This document shows positions 12,901-27,417 of a stretch of 64,000 nucleotides of DNA, in pieces. Source of the DNA: the human T2T-CHM13v2.0 reference genome, Homo sapiens; NCBI RefSeq assembly GCF_009914755.1, contig NC_060926.1. One strand, 5' to 3'. A program made the position numbers and the translations under genes. How positions within the stretch are numbered: position 1 is the stretch's first letter; the number at the start of each line of letters is the position of its first letter. The notes below the pieces were generated by a model, which saw nothing but the letters and a program-made list of their open reading frames with translations, was not told the origin of the DNA and did not search any database.

Positions 12901-14004
12901 TAATGAATCCCTGCAAATATCATAGAAATTGGTGCCATCTTTAAAGACTTGAAAGATACATATATGTGATTATTCCTTTTGGTCAGTAGAGAAGACAAAC
13001 AGGTCTTGGAAACTGCCGGTGTGTTATCGTAAAATTAATCATGTCTTGACTCCAGTTGTTGCTATTTCCAGATATTGTTTCTTTAGTTGGAATAAATCAA
13101 CTCAGGCTCTAGTTCCTGTTAGACAGTTATTGATCTGGTGAAAGCTATTTTTTTCTATTGATTAGCAATGGCCACCAGAAGCGATTTGCTTTCATCTAGC
13201 AGTGCAGTAGCATACTTTCATTGCCTTACCTCTGGTTCTTTGTTTTAATCTAGTACACAGCAACCTTGATCAACTTGTCATTCCACATATATTGAGGGCA
13301 TATATATTATCCACTATATTGATGTTATTTTGTTATTTGAAAATGAACAGGTTTCCTGGATGCCTTCATAAGACTCATGTACCAGAGAGTGGAGAAGAGT
13401 AAGACTCATGAAAACTCATGGGGTTGCTATTGTGGGGAGGTTTCTAGAAATCCAGATAAAAGGCTTATGCTGAGTTATTACTTCCAAATGAAAACCAATA
13501 TTTCACATTGTTCTCCCAACATTAAAAAAAGGCTCAAATCTTTGTGGGACTTTTTAATACTAGAGGCAATATATAGCAGAACCAAATGTGTTCTACAATA
13601 CATTTCATATTTAATCCAGCTTTGAGAGCATCCCAGAGAAAGAAAAGACTCTGAAGCTGGTCCCAGAGAGAGTATAGGTTACTCTGCACTGGAATAGTCT
13701 AATCCGGCAGATCTCTGGTACTTGAAATTTATGTGGCAGTTAGGAGTGCTGTCTATGATTTCTTGCAAGCCCCAATGGTAGAATCACAATACAGACTTTT
13801 GAATTTTGAGAAAAGTCATGGCTGCTTCTTTGACTAACTACTCTTTTTGTGAATCGTATTCGGATTTAGCCCTGGGATCTAGGAGATATGAGAAGTCTAT
13901 TGTCAATGGGTTTTACCCTTCTTATCAAATCATAAAATTAGGTGTATATAGCAGTACTGCTGCATCACATGCATCTTAAATTGGGCTAAGCGGGATCTAT
14001 AGGT

Positions 14005-14791
<787 letters not shown>

Positions 14792-14939
14792 AGGTACAAG
14801 GAGGCCGTATGCATAGGTGACTCTAGGAATCCATGGATCTATGTTCATTATTTTGCCTATTCTCTCAAACTACATGTATTACATCATGAAGAATTTCCAA
14901 TGATCAATTGATAGAACAACTAAAAAGTTCAGGACTGGT

Positions 14940-15290
14940 TAATTATGTATGATGAAATATAGCAATTGAAAAAACTAGTACTATACATAATAACATAGAT
15001 AAATCTCACAGATATAATGAATGAAAGAAGCCAGGCACAAAACAGGACATATGTATGATTCAATTTTCATGACTTTTAGGAACAGACACAACTAATTTAT
15101 GGTGTTAGAAATCAGAATAGTGTTTACCTTTGGGAGAGTCTTGATAGAATGATACATGAGAAAACCATCTATGGTGTTAGAAATATTCAATATTTTGTTC
15201 TGGGAGAGTTGCACATATTTGGTAGAAAGCATTGAGTTGCATCTTCAAATTTGATTTGCTTAAGTAAAAAAATTTTAAATAAAAATGAAA
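14940..15290 (+). mobile_element. L1ME 3' end fragment
   Basis: 'catagataaatctcacagatataatgaatgaaagaagccaggcacaaa...ggtgttagaaatcagaatagtgtttacctttggg'. Confidence 0.7.
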
Positions 15291-15411
15291 GATGAGAGAA
15301 TTTTTACAAATCTGTTCTCCACTTCTATGTGAAGGGAATGTCTAAGATACTATGTCCGGACAATAAAGTTTTAAAATGTATGTTTTAAAACTAAGGAAAT
15401 ATTACAGCTAC

Positions 15412-15973
15412 TGGTATGGGAGCCCCCAAAACAACCCCCAGATTCAATGAATTGCTAGGATAATATATAGGACTCAGCATATAGTTTTACTTACAGATAT
15501 GATTTATTATAACAAAAAGATACAAGGAAAAATCAGCAAAGCGGAACAGGTACATGGAATGAAGTCCAAAGAAAACCAGGCACAAGTTTCCAAGTGACTT
15601 CTCCCAGTAAGTAACAAAGATAAACTAAAGTCTTCTAATGACAAGTTATAACAACACCTGTAACATATTGCCTACTGGGGAAGCTCAACAGAGACTCAGT
15701 GCCCAGGGATTTAATTGGGAGCTTTTCACTTAGGGACCATGTAGGCATGTGTCAAAATTCTAGACTCCCAGAGGAAATTAGATATTCAGCATAAACAACA
15801 TTGTTTATACAAATAGTTTAGGCAAAGTGACTCACTCTTATCAGGGAATGGTGGGAACCCTCTCAAAAATACAAGTTTATAGATACTAGTCAAGGGCCTA
15901 ACTTGCAAACAGGCCTTTCTATATGTAAGTCTTTCTAAGTTTTAGGTCTGATAGATTACCTCTCTTCTGCACA
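15412..15973 (-). mobile_element. MER77/MER21-family ERVL solo LTR
   Basis: The minus strand begins TGTGCAGAAGAGAGGTAATC...AGAAAGGCCTGTTTGCAAGTTAGGCCCTTG; near-TSD GCTAC/GCAAC (5 bp). Confidence 0.75.
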
Positions 15974-16410
15974 GCAACCACATATGGGCAGGTCTACAAC
16001 AAGCTCTAATATTTCAGGAATGATTATTTGATTTAGCCCATTAAGTAAGAAGCATGATCAGCGGAATTGATGGATGAAAGGTTAAGGACACCCTAAATAC
16101 ATGTAGAGGAGAGAAGATATAACTATACGTTATGGCTTTATGACCAATTTCACTTTCAGAAAGGAGGAAATCAGTAGTGGGTATTCTCTCCCTAACATTT
16201 TAATAAAGTTATTGTTGATTTAATCTATAGATTAAATTATATTTTTATAAATGTTGATTAACTAAATTGGAAGGAATAAACATTACACAGAGGATGATAT
16301 TGGAGTCTCTTTTTGAAGAAGTAAGCACATTTTTATTTTACAAGAGTTAACTGTATCATGTTAGGCAGAAACACATTGCTCTAGATAATTTTTGTTTTGC
16401 AAGGATAATG

Positions 16411-17296
16411 GAGTATACCCTCCTATCCACAGAAGATATGTTTTAAAACCCCCAGTGGATGCCTGAAACCACAGATAGTATTGAATCCTCTACCTACTCT
16501 ATTAGTCAGGGTTCTCTAGAGGGACAGAACCAATAGGATAGACGTATATATAAAGGGGAGTTTATTAAGGAGTATTGATACACACAATCACAAGGTAAAG
16601 TCCCACAATAGGCCATCTGCAAGCTGAGGAGCAAGGAAGTCAGTCCGAGTCCCAAAACTTCAAAAGTAGGGAAGCCGACAGTGCAACCTTCAGTCTGTCG
16701 CCAAAGGCCCAAGAGCCCCTAGCAAACTACTGGTGTAAGTCCAAGAGTCCAAAAGCTGAAGAAACCGGAGTCTGATGTTGGAGGGCAGGAAGCATCCAGC
16801 ATGGGAGAAAGATGAAGGCCAGAAGACTTAGCAAGTCTGTTCTTCCATCTTCTCCTGCCTGCTTTATTCTAGCCAACCTGGCAGCTGATTAGATGGTGCC
16901 CACCTAGAATGAGGATGAGTCTGCCTCTCTCAGTCCACTGACTCAAATATTAATCTCCTTTGGTAACACCCTCACAGACATACCTGGGAACAATACATTG
17001 TATGCTTCAATCCAATCAAATTGACACTCAATATTAACCATCACACCTACTAAGTTTTTTCCTATACATACATGTCTATAATAAAGTTTAGTTTATAAAT
17101 TAGGCACAATAAGAGATTACCAATAGTACTACTAATAAAATAGAGTAATTACAACAATATGTTGTAATATAAGTTATGCATATGTAGTCATTCTCTCTCT
17201 TCTCTATCAATCAAAATACGTTTGGACTGCAGTTGACCATGGATAACTGAAACTGCAGAATGCAAAACTGCAGATAAGTGGAGGGGAGGGCACTAT
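16411..17296. mobile_element. MER44 (Tigger7-derived) MITE split by an MLT2A LTR
   Basis: 'cccagtggatgcctgaaaccacagatagta' before the LTR and 'tttataaattaggcacaataagagatt...ggataactgaaactgcagaatgcaaaactgcagataag' after it. Confidence 0.8.
16498..17045 (-). mobile_element. MLT2A2-like (HERVL) solo LTR
   Basis: 'tattagtcagggttctctagagggacagaac...ttgacactcaatattaaccatcaca'; 548 bp; perfect 5-bp TSD CCTAC at 16493-16497 and 17046-17050. Confidence 0.9.
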
Positions 17297-18099
17297 TTTG
17301 TGGTTAGAATATAGATGCTGAGTAGCCTACATAGGGAACTATGCTACTTTTTCTTTCTGGGAAACGCTATCCCTTTCTTGCCTTCTCTCTTTTGATGGGT
17401 TGTAAATGTGAGATCTACATTTCTCAGACTCCCTTGTTTCTAATCTAAATTCTGCCACATTTTGCCAAGAAAATACACTCTCAAAAGAACTTATAGAAAA
17501 ACAGGAGTCAAAGCCATTTTCTAAAAGTAATAACGGTTGTGTGAACTCCTGAAAATCTGAGGGTTTGCAGAAGCCTTTATGTGTTTCCCTGCAGGAAACC
17601 TGCCCCATTGCTGCAGGGCATCTGTGATTTCAGAGGTAGTTCCTCACAGTTCTGTCTAGTGCAGTTGCAGCAATTTCTTTCTTATTAATACCACAGTGGC
17701 TGTGTTGAGCCTCAAAGCTAGCAGTGGTCTCTTCTGTCTGTTGATCCTCTAGCACCTAATTCCTGATGCTGAATTCTATTTACAATGCCTCCTGTGGTGT
17801 CTGCTTTATAAGATGTTTAACCTATGTTTTCTTTGGTTATGAATTCTGCAATCTTGTCACTTCCCCAAATGAACACATTTCCATATTTACCACAGCCAGA
17901 TAAGAGAGAGATAAGAGCATCCTGGCTCATTCCATAAGTGACATCCCTTTTTGTTCCTATAACTAGTCACATGGCCCCCCAAAATTTCAAAGGCCCTGGG
18001 ATGTGTCACCTCCATTGGCTGAGAAAAAAAATGGAGAACTGGATATTTCTGAATGTGATGTGTGAATATGTAAGAGAAAAATATTCTAAACAAGGAAAG

Positions 18100-18446
18100 A
18101 AGCTAAACTGTAGGTACTTGAGGCAGAAGACTATCTCTAATATTCAAGAAGCAGTGAGAATGCTGTGTGTCTGGAGCTTAGCAATTGAGGCTATGAGTAA
18201 TATGTGATAAAGTCAGAGGTAATGGGGTAGAAGCGGAAAGCTGATCACAAAGCAATTTAAAGGTCCTAGTAAGAATGCTGGCTTTCAATCTGAATGACAT
18301 GCGAATGTACTGGAGAGTTTTGAACCTAGGGGTGACATGATCTGACTTGTGTTTTAACACTCACTTGCATTTGCCACTCTGGCATTGAGACAAGCAGTTG
18401 GGAATTTATTGGCATAATCCAGGTAAAAGATAATAATGACTTAGGC
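18100..18446 (-). mobile_element. L2 LINE, left part (continues at ~23060-23720 after the L1 insertion)
   Basis: 'ggagagttttgaacctaggggtgacatgatctgacttgtgtttt...taatccaggtaaaagataat' is typical antisense L2. Confidence 0.7.
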
Positions 18447-18448
18447 CC

Positions 18449-21400
18449 AAGAAGAAAGTGGAGGCCAATATTCAACATCCTTAAAGAAAAGAAGTTTAAA
18501 GCCAGAATTTCATATCCGGCCAAACTAAACTTCATAAGTGAAGGAGAAATAAAATCCTTATCAGACAAGCAAATGCTGAGGATTTTGTCACCACCAGGCC
18601 TGCCTTGCAAGAGCTCCTAAAGGAAGCACTAAATATGGAAAGGAAAAACCCGTTCCAGCCACTGCAAAAACACACCAAAATATAAAGAGAGATAACACTA
18701 TGAAGAAACTGCATCAACTAGTATGCAAAACAACCAGATAACATTATGATGACAGAATCAAATTCACACATAACAATATTAACCTTAAATGTAAATGGGC
18801 TAAATGCCCCAATTAAAAGACACAGACCAGCATATTGGATAAAGACTCAAGACCCATCAGTGTGCTGTATTCAGGAGACCCATCTCATGTGCAAAGACAT
18901 ACATAGGCTCAAAATAAATGGATGGGGAGGAAAATTTACCAAGCAAATAGAAAGAAAAAAAAGGCGTCACAATCCTAGTCTCTGACAAAACAGACTTTAA
19001 ACTAGCAAAGATCAAAAAAGACAAAGAATGGCATCACATAATGGTAAAGGGATCAATTCAACAAGAAGAGCTAACTATCCTGAATATATATGCACCAAAT
19101 ACAGTACACCCAGATTCATAAAACAAGCTCTTACAGACCTACAAAGAGACTTAGACTCCCAAACAATAACAGTGGGAGACTTTAACATCCCACTGTCAAT
19201 GTTAGATCAATGAGACAGAAAATTAACAAGGGTATTCAAGACTTGAACTCAGCTCTGGATCAAGTGGACTTAACAGACATCTACAGAACTCTCCACCCCA
19301 ATCAACAGAATATACATTCTTCTCAGTGTTACATGGCACTTATTCTAAAATCAACTGCATAATTGGAAGTAAAACATTCCTCAGCAAATGCAAAAGAACT
19401 GAAATCATAACAAAAAGTCTCTCAGACCACAGTGCAATCAAATTAGTACTCACGATTAAGAAATTCACTCAAGGGGCTGGGCATGGTGGCTCACACCTGT
19501 AACCCCAGCACTTTGGGAGGCCAAGGCAGGCGGATCACGAGGTCAAGAGATCAAGACCATCCTGGCCAACATGGTGAAACCCCATCTCTACTAAAAATTA
19601 CAAAAATTTTCCGGTCATGGAGGTGTGTGCCTGTTCACAGCTACTCGGGAGGCTGAGGCAGGAGAATCACTTGAACCAGGAGGTAGAGGTTGCAAAAAAG
19701 AAAAGAAACAAGAAATTCACTCAAAAATACACAACTACATGGAAATTCAACAATCTGCACCTGAATGACTCCTGGATAAATAACGAAATTAAGGCAGAAA
19801 TCAAGAAGTTCTTTGAAATGAATGAGAACAAAGAGGTAACCTACCAGTATCTCTGGGACACAGCTAAATCAGTGTGTAGAGGGAAATTTGTAGCACTAAA
19901 TGCCCTTATCAGAAGGCTAGAAAGATCATAATTTGACACCAAAACATCACAATTGAAAGAACTAGAGAAGCAAGAGCAAACAAATCCAAAAGCTAGCAGA
20001 AGACAATAAATAACTAAGGTCAGAGCAGAACTCACAGAGATAGAGATACGAAAAATCCTTCAAAAAATCAATGAATCCAGGAGCTAGATTTTTGAAAAAA
20101 AATTAGCAAAATAGACGGACCGCAAGCTAGACTAATAAAGAAGAAAAGAGAGAAGAATCAAATAGACACAATAAAAAATGATAAAGGGAATATCACCACT
20201 GACCCTACAGAAATACAAACTAACATCAGAGAATGCTAGAAACACCTCTATGCAAATAACCTAGAAAATCTAGAAGAAATGGTAAATTCCTGGACACACA
20301 CAACCTCCCAAGACTAAACCAGGAAGAAGTTGAATCCCTGAATAGACCAATAACAGGTTCTGAAATTGAGGCAGTGTTTAATAGCCTACCAACCAAAAAA
20401 AGCCCAGGACTAGATCGATTCACAGCCGAATTCTACCAGAGGTATAAGGAGGAGCCAGTACCATTTCTTCTGAAACTATTCAAAACAATTGAAAAGGAGA
20501 GACTCCTTCCTAACTCATTTTATGAGGCCAGCATCATCCTGACACCAAAATTTGGCAGAGACACAACAAAAAACCCCCAAAACTTTAGGCCAATAACCTT
20601 GATGGATACCAACGCAAAAATCCTCAATAAAATACGGGCAAACTGAATCCAGCAGCACATCAAAAAGCTTATCCACCACCACCAAGTTGGCTTCATCCCT
20701 GGGATGCAAGGCTGGTTCAACATATGCAAATCTATAAATGTAATCCATCACATAAACAGAACCAATGACAAAAACTGCATGATTATCTCAATAGATGCAG
20801 AAAAGGCTTTTGATAAAATTCAACATCTCTTTATGTTAAAAACTCTCAAACTAGGTATTGATGGAACATAACTCAAAATAATAACATCTGTTTATGACAA
20901 ACCCACAGCCAATATCATACTGATTGGGCAAAAGCTGGAAGCATTCCCTTTGAAAACTGGCACAAGACAAGGATGCCTTCTCTCACCACTCCTATTCAAC
21001 ATAGTACTGGAATTTCTGGCCAAGGCAATCAAGCAAGGGAAAGAAATAAAGGGTATTCAAGTAGGAAGAGAGGAAGTCAAATTGTCTCTGTTTACAGATG
21101 ACATGATTCTATGTTTAGAAAACCCAATCATCTCAGCCCAAAAACTCCCTAAGCTGATAAGCAACCCCAGCAAAGTCTCAGGATACAAAATCAATGTGCA
21201 AAAATCACAAGCATTCCCATATACCAAAAATAGACAAGCAGAGAGCCAAATCATGAACGATCCCCTATCCACAATTGCTACAAAGAGAATAAATTACCTA
21301 GGAATATACCTAACAAGGGACACGAAGGACCTCTTCAAAGAGAACTACAAACCACTGCTCAAGGAAATAAAACAGAACACAAACAAATGGAAAAACATTC

Positions 21401-23015
21401 CATCCTCATGGGTAGGAAGAATCAATATTGTGAAAATAACCATACTACCCAAAATAATTTATAGATTCAATGCTATTCTCATCAAACTGCCATTGACATG
21501 CTTAACAGAATTAGAAAAAAAAACTTCTTTACATTTCATATGGAACAAATAAAAGCCCATATAGGGAAGACAATCCTAAGCCAAATTAACAAAGCTAAAG
21601 GCATCATGCTGTCTCACTTCAACCTATACCTCAAGGCTACAGTAACCAAAACAGCATGATGCTGGTACCCAAACAGACATAAACACCAATGGAACAGAAC
21701 AGAGACCTCAGAAATAACACCACACATCTACAACCATCTGATCTTCAACAAACTTGACAAAAACAAGCAATGGGGAAAGGATTCCCTATTTAATAAATGG
21801 TGCTGGAAAAACTGGCTAGCCATAAGCAGAAAACTGAAACTGGACCACTTCCTTACACTTTATACAAAATTTAATTCAAGATGGATTAAAGACTTAAATG
21901 TAAAGCCCAAAACCATAAAAACCCTAGAAGAAAACCCAGGCAATGCCATTCAGCACATAGGCATGGGCAAGGATTTCATGATGAAAATGCCAAAGCAGTT
22001 GCAACAGAAGCTAAAATTGACAAATGGGATCTAAATAAACTAAAGAGCTTCTGCACAGCAAAAGAAACTATCAACAGAGTGAACAGGCAACCTACTGAAT
22101 GAGAGAAAAGTTTTGCAATCTGACAAAGGTCTAATATCCAGAATCTACAAGGAACTTAAATTTATGAGAAAAGAACAAACAATCCCATCGAAAAATGGGC
22201 AAAGGATATGAACAGACACTTTTCAAAAGACACGTATATGGTCAATAGACACATGAAAAAAACCTCAACATCACTAATCATTAGAGAAATGCAAATCAAA
22301 ACCACAGTGAGATACCACCTCATGCCAGTCAAAATGGCAATTATTAAAAAGTCAAGAAACAAAAGATGCTGGTGAGGTTGTGGAGAAACAGGAATGCTTT
22401 TACACTGTTGGTAGGAATCTAAATTAGTTCAACCACGGTGGAAGATAGTGTGGCTATTCCTCAAGGATCTAGAACAAGAAATACCATTTGACCCAGTAAT
22501 CCCATTACTGGGTATATACCCAAGGGAATATAAATTATTCTACTCTAAAGACACATGTACATGTATGTTTATTGCAACACTATTCACAATAGCAAAGACA
22601 TGGAAACAACTTAAATGCCCATCACTGATAGACTGAATAAAGAAAATATGGTACATATACACCATGGAATACTATGCAGCTGTAAAAAGGAATGAGATCA
22701 TGTTCTTTGCAGGGATGACTGGCAAAGCTGGATGGATGAAGCTGGAAACCATCATCCTCAGCAAACCAACATAGGAACAGAAAACCAAACACCACATATT
22801 CTCACTTAAAAGTAGGAGTTGAACAATGAGAACACATGAACCCAGGGAGGGGAACAACATACACTGGGGCCTGCTGAGGGTTAGGGGCAAGGGGAGGGAA
22901 CCAAGATGATGGGTTAATAGGTGCAGCAAACCACCATGGCACACGTGTACCTGTGTAACAAACCTGCACATTCTGCACATGTATCCCAGAAATTAAATAA
23001 AATAAATAAATAAAA
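18449..23015 (+). mobile_element. 5'-truncated LINE-1 (L1PA8-PA10-like) from ORF1 C-terminus through the 3'UTR, decayed
   Basis: ORF1 end (..YPAKLNFISEGEIK), ORF2 start MTESNSHITILTLNVNGLN at ~18749, RT segment 20950-21552 with FTDD in place of FADD, A-rich tail; TSD AATAAT(GA/AG)CTTAGGCC at 18432-18447 and ~23048-23063. Confidence 0.95.
19475..19709 (+). mobile_element. AluSc-like SINE, 3'-truncated, nested in L1 ORF2
   Basis: 'ggatcacgaggtcaagagatc'; stops at 'gaggttgc' followed by an A-rich tail; 15-bp TSD AAGAAATTCACTCAA at 19458-19472 and 19710-19724. Confidence 0.93.
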
Positions 23016-23059
23016 AATAAGAGCTTAGGCCCGTATGGTAAATAAAAAATAATAGCTTA

Positions 23060-23720
23060 GGCCAGGATGGGGAGAAGAGCTTCTGTATATAGTTTGAAGA
23101 TTTAGACAACAAGATCGATTGATGGACTGGATGTGGTATATGGGAGAAAAAAATAAATCAAGGATGACTTCAAGTTTTTGGCTAGAACAACAGGAATAGT
23201 AGAATTGCTATTAGCTTGAAAACACAGTCATTCAAGGAAGCAATGGGGAGAGTGGATATTAAAAGCTTGGTTTTAGACATGCTAATTTTGAGATGAAAAA
23301 CCAAGCAGGAAGGTTAATATATGAGTCTGATATTAAGGACTAAGATCTGTAGTAAGGAGATATATTTTGAGGTAATTAAAAATTAGATGGTAATTAAAGG
23401 CATGAAACCAGGTAAGATCACTTGATGAGCATGAAAAGACCAAGGATTAAGCCCTGGCACTTTCATATTAAGAAGCTGGGAAAATGAGGAGGACCTAGCA
23501 ATGAGACTGGGAAACAGATGCCATTGAAGTAAGAGAAAAGCAAGGGAAGTGGGGTCTCCTGGAAGCCAAGTAAGGGAGACGTTTATAGGGGGTGAGTGAT
23601 TACATGAGTCAAGGGATGCTGATAATCAAGTAATATGAGGCTTGGGAATTGACACTTAGCTTTTGCAATGTGAAGCATCTTAATAATAGCAGTTTGTATG
23701 AAATGGTCTGAGTTAAAATA
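23060..23720 (-). mobile_element. L2 LINE, right part
   Basis: 'gatggactggatgtggtatatgggag...aaggatgacttcaagtttttggc...ttggttttagacatgctaattttgagatg'. Confidence 0.75.
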
Positions 23721-25744
23721 TCATAGATGTGTCTTCTCCATACACATTTAATCTTTCCAAATGCTTTACTGTCTTTGTTGTTTGTCTCACCATTAAAATA
23801 TAATCTTAATTTTTTAATTTTAAGTTACTGATTCCATTGCTTACTGTATCTCATTTATTTAATATTTCATAAGGGTATAAGTGTTATGTTTAATTTGCTT
23901 TAATCTTTTATTCTTGTTTCATATTCAGGTTCTTTCCCATTTCTAGATAATATAAACTTCGCTTATGTAAATTTTTCTTCTATTTCCTTGGGATTATGTT
24001 TTTTTTCTAAAACAGGTTTTTCATCTTTCCTTTCCTATTTCTTTCTTCCCTTACTTGCAGTCATTTTTCCTGCCTTCCTTTCTTAGTACTTCCAAAGAGT
24101 TGCTCTTCATTTTGCATAGCTTGTTCATGAACATCTCTTGTTAGGATTTTATTACCTAAATGTAGGGTAGTTAGATAGTCCTTGATATCTGTTTCTTCTT
24201 TCCCTGCCTTGCCCGGTTTCTATGTTTAGCCTTATCAAACCAAGCTGAAAGTAGAATCTAATTAATTTCAGCCTGCATTTCCTTTTTTTAACATGTATTG
24301 GAAAAATAGCTCATAGATAGCAGAATATGCTCTGCTTAGAGACTGTGTCAAATATTGGAGAGAACACGCATCACTTCTATTGTGGAACAGCAGTCAAGTC
24401 ACCTTAATCACTTTGGTGCAGTTTCTTCACAGTAAAATAAAAATATAAAATTTGATTAATTTTAAAGACCTTCCCAGATGAAAATTTCTATGTTTCTAAT
24501 AACATTAACTTACTCCTCAGTCCTATAGAATACTCTATATTTCCAGTTCCACAAATGTTTTATTATATTTTTCAGTATATCTTGAAAACACCAGTGCATT
24601 TTATTCTTGTTAAAAATCTACCCTATAGATTTGTTAATATGGTAAGAATTAGAAAAAAATGACTCACTTTATATATAAGGCATTCCATTATTCAAAACTT
24701 TCTCTTTCTCATTACCAGAACATTAAAAACCAAACATCACTCAACATTTTGACTCATAGAGGACAACTGTTGGTCCAATTACAAAAATGTATGATTAAAT
24801 GCTAAACTATGTATAGACATATTAAGTGGGCTTTCTTTCTTACTTTAAAAAATTATAATTAAGGAAAATAAGCTATTCACTGATTGACGCTAAGCATGGC
24901 TACATTATTTGAGCATCATATTAACTTTTCCTGAAAGACTTTCAAATTACCTCTAATTTTATTCTAATTTTCACTGCAAAGTGAGTGACATAACTATAAT
25001 TTTCTCATTGAAAATATAATATACTTCTCTCTCAATGTACAAATGCACCTCAGTTTTCAATGCAAGAGTGAAAATCTTTCTTCTTAAAGCTTTGGAGCTT
25101 ATTGCCATTATAATGAAATAAGCAAAGTGGCTATTGTTTGAGTGTGCATGTGATTTTAGAGAACTGTTTTGGAATGAATGATATTTTCATTTTTCTGCTT
25201 CTTAACAACAGCTACCTCCTTTCTGAGATATAAATTCCATCTGAACCCATGACTTATTTCCAATCAGATAGAAAATGTAGGCTGAAATCTTGCAGTTAGG
25301 TTAATAGAAACCCAAATATTTTCATACAGATTAACAGCACAAAGAATTTATTGCAGCATGAGAACAGAGCATTACATTTCCAATATTTTTAATAAATGTA
25401 ATAAGCAGATCCCAGAGGACTGACCTCAAGTAAGTTCTTAGATGCACTCCTCAGTCGTGTGATAAATATTAACAGTTAAGCTAGAAATGTGGGGAAAATT
25501 CAATAACCTCATTTATACTGATAGTTAATTTTGGGATGGTCATGTCAACCACCACAACATTGCATACCTCAGCATTCTTTAGAGCAGCCAAGTATATTTG
25601 ACTGTACTAAATATTTTGTTGTGTGTATAGATTTAACAGCAGTTGTTGATTTGGTGCAGAAACTTGTACCATATACATAATGCAGATAGTTGACAAATAG
25701 TAGGTTTTAAAAGAAAAACTTGAAGATTAAAGTTGATTTTTGAA

Positions 25745-25880
25745 ATATGGCTCCACTGACTAGTCTTGAGTAAGTCGCTTTCCTCAGTTTCCATTTTTTT
25801 CCTGTAAAATAAAGATGATAATACTTTCTGCCCTCTCTAAGTCATAAGGCTTTTAATGAGAGACATAACAGCATTTTCAA
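25745..25880 (+). mobile_element. MIR fragment
   Basis: 'ggctccactgactagtcttgagtaagtc...cctcagtttcc...ctgtaaaataaagatgataatac'. Confidence 0.6.
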
Positions 25881-25959
25881 GATATTTTATAAAGAAGTTT
25901 CTGTTCATTGATGGAGGTACCACTGTTAAAAAAAAAAAAAAAGTGATGAAACTATTGCA

Positions 25960-26385
25960 TTTGATAGAAACTACCAGAAAACTCAGTGAGTCACAATAAT
26001 ATTTATTTATTTCTCTCTTACGTATCTGCAGTTGGCTGGAGTTCAGCTGACCTAGGCTGGGTTTGTTGGGTTTGGCTCCAAACTATAGGTTAAGTTCAGG
26101 TTGGTTTCACATGTCTCTCATTCTCCTTGGACAAACAGCTATCTGAAACATATCTGAAACTCAAGGGAAAAGTTAGGCACACAAGAATACAAATCCAGTT
26201 GCACAAACACATTTCAGGCCTTTGATCCTGGCACTTCTGCTAACATTGTATTGTCAAAGCAAGTCACATGTTCCAGACAATCCACAATGGAACAAAGAAA
26301 TATTTTCCACTTCTTATGGGAGGAAGTGCAGAGTCACATGGCAAAGGTCATGGATCAGAGGAGAGGAAAGAATTGAGAACCATAT
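25960..26385 (-). mobile_element. Old MaLR LTR (MLT1J/K-like)
   Basis: 'tctgcagttggctggagttcagctgacctaggctggg...tctgctaacattgtattgtcaaagcaagtcacatg...gcagagtcacatggcaaagg'. Confidence 0.65.
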
Positions 26386-26415
26386 GCAGGTAACAATAGC
26401 AGGAATTTTGCTTAG

Positions 26416-26826
<411 letters not shown>

Positions 26827-27417
26827 AAGGACTATATATTTTACTGCAGTCAATTATTTAAGTGTATTTCAAAAGGCTACTACCCCATCTCCAAGACCAC
26901 TGTGAGGAATGACCTTTAAAAATGAAAGCCCACTACAAAGTTGTCTTGAAATTAAAACTGTGGGGATAATATCTCAACCAGAGATTAATGTATTAGATAA
27001 TTTAAATTTATCAAATGACTTCATTTTAACATTTAACATTACACGACCAGTGAAATGGACGGAGCAAGGCCCTACTCCTCAATCATTTCCAGTAAAGTAT
27101 ACGTGTGTGCACATGAATATGCATATGCAGGAACAGACTCAGTTGGTTGCTTTATGAAATAGACCTTTACATTTCTGGACATATATTTCATATCTGTCTA
27201 GTTGAACCCCTTTCTTTGTTGTCTTCCCTATTATTTTTACTGTGCTTATTTTCAACTTCCATTTCAAATTGCAATTGTTCCTTCCCAATACGGCATAGTG
27301 GAAAACAAGGAAGGTTGTAGAATCAAGTCCTCTGCCACTTATTATTTCTTCAAAACTGAATAAACTACCTAGACTTTCTGAATTGGTTTCCTTAAAGTAA
27401 CTTGAGGAAAACAAGAC

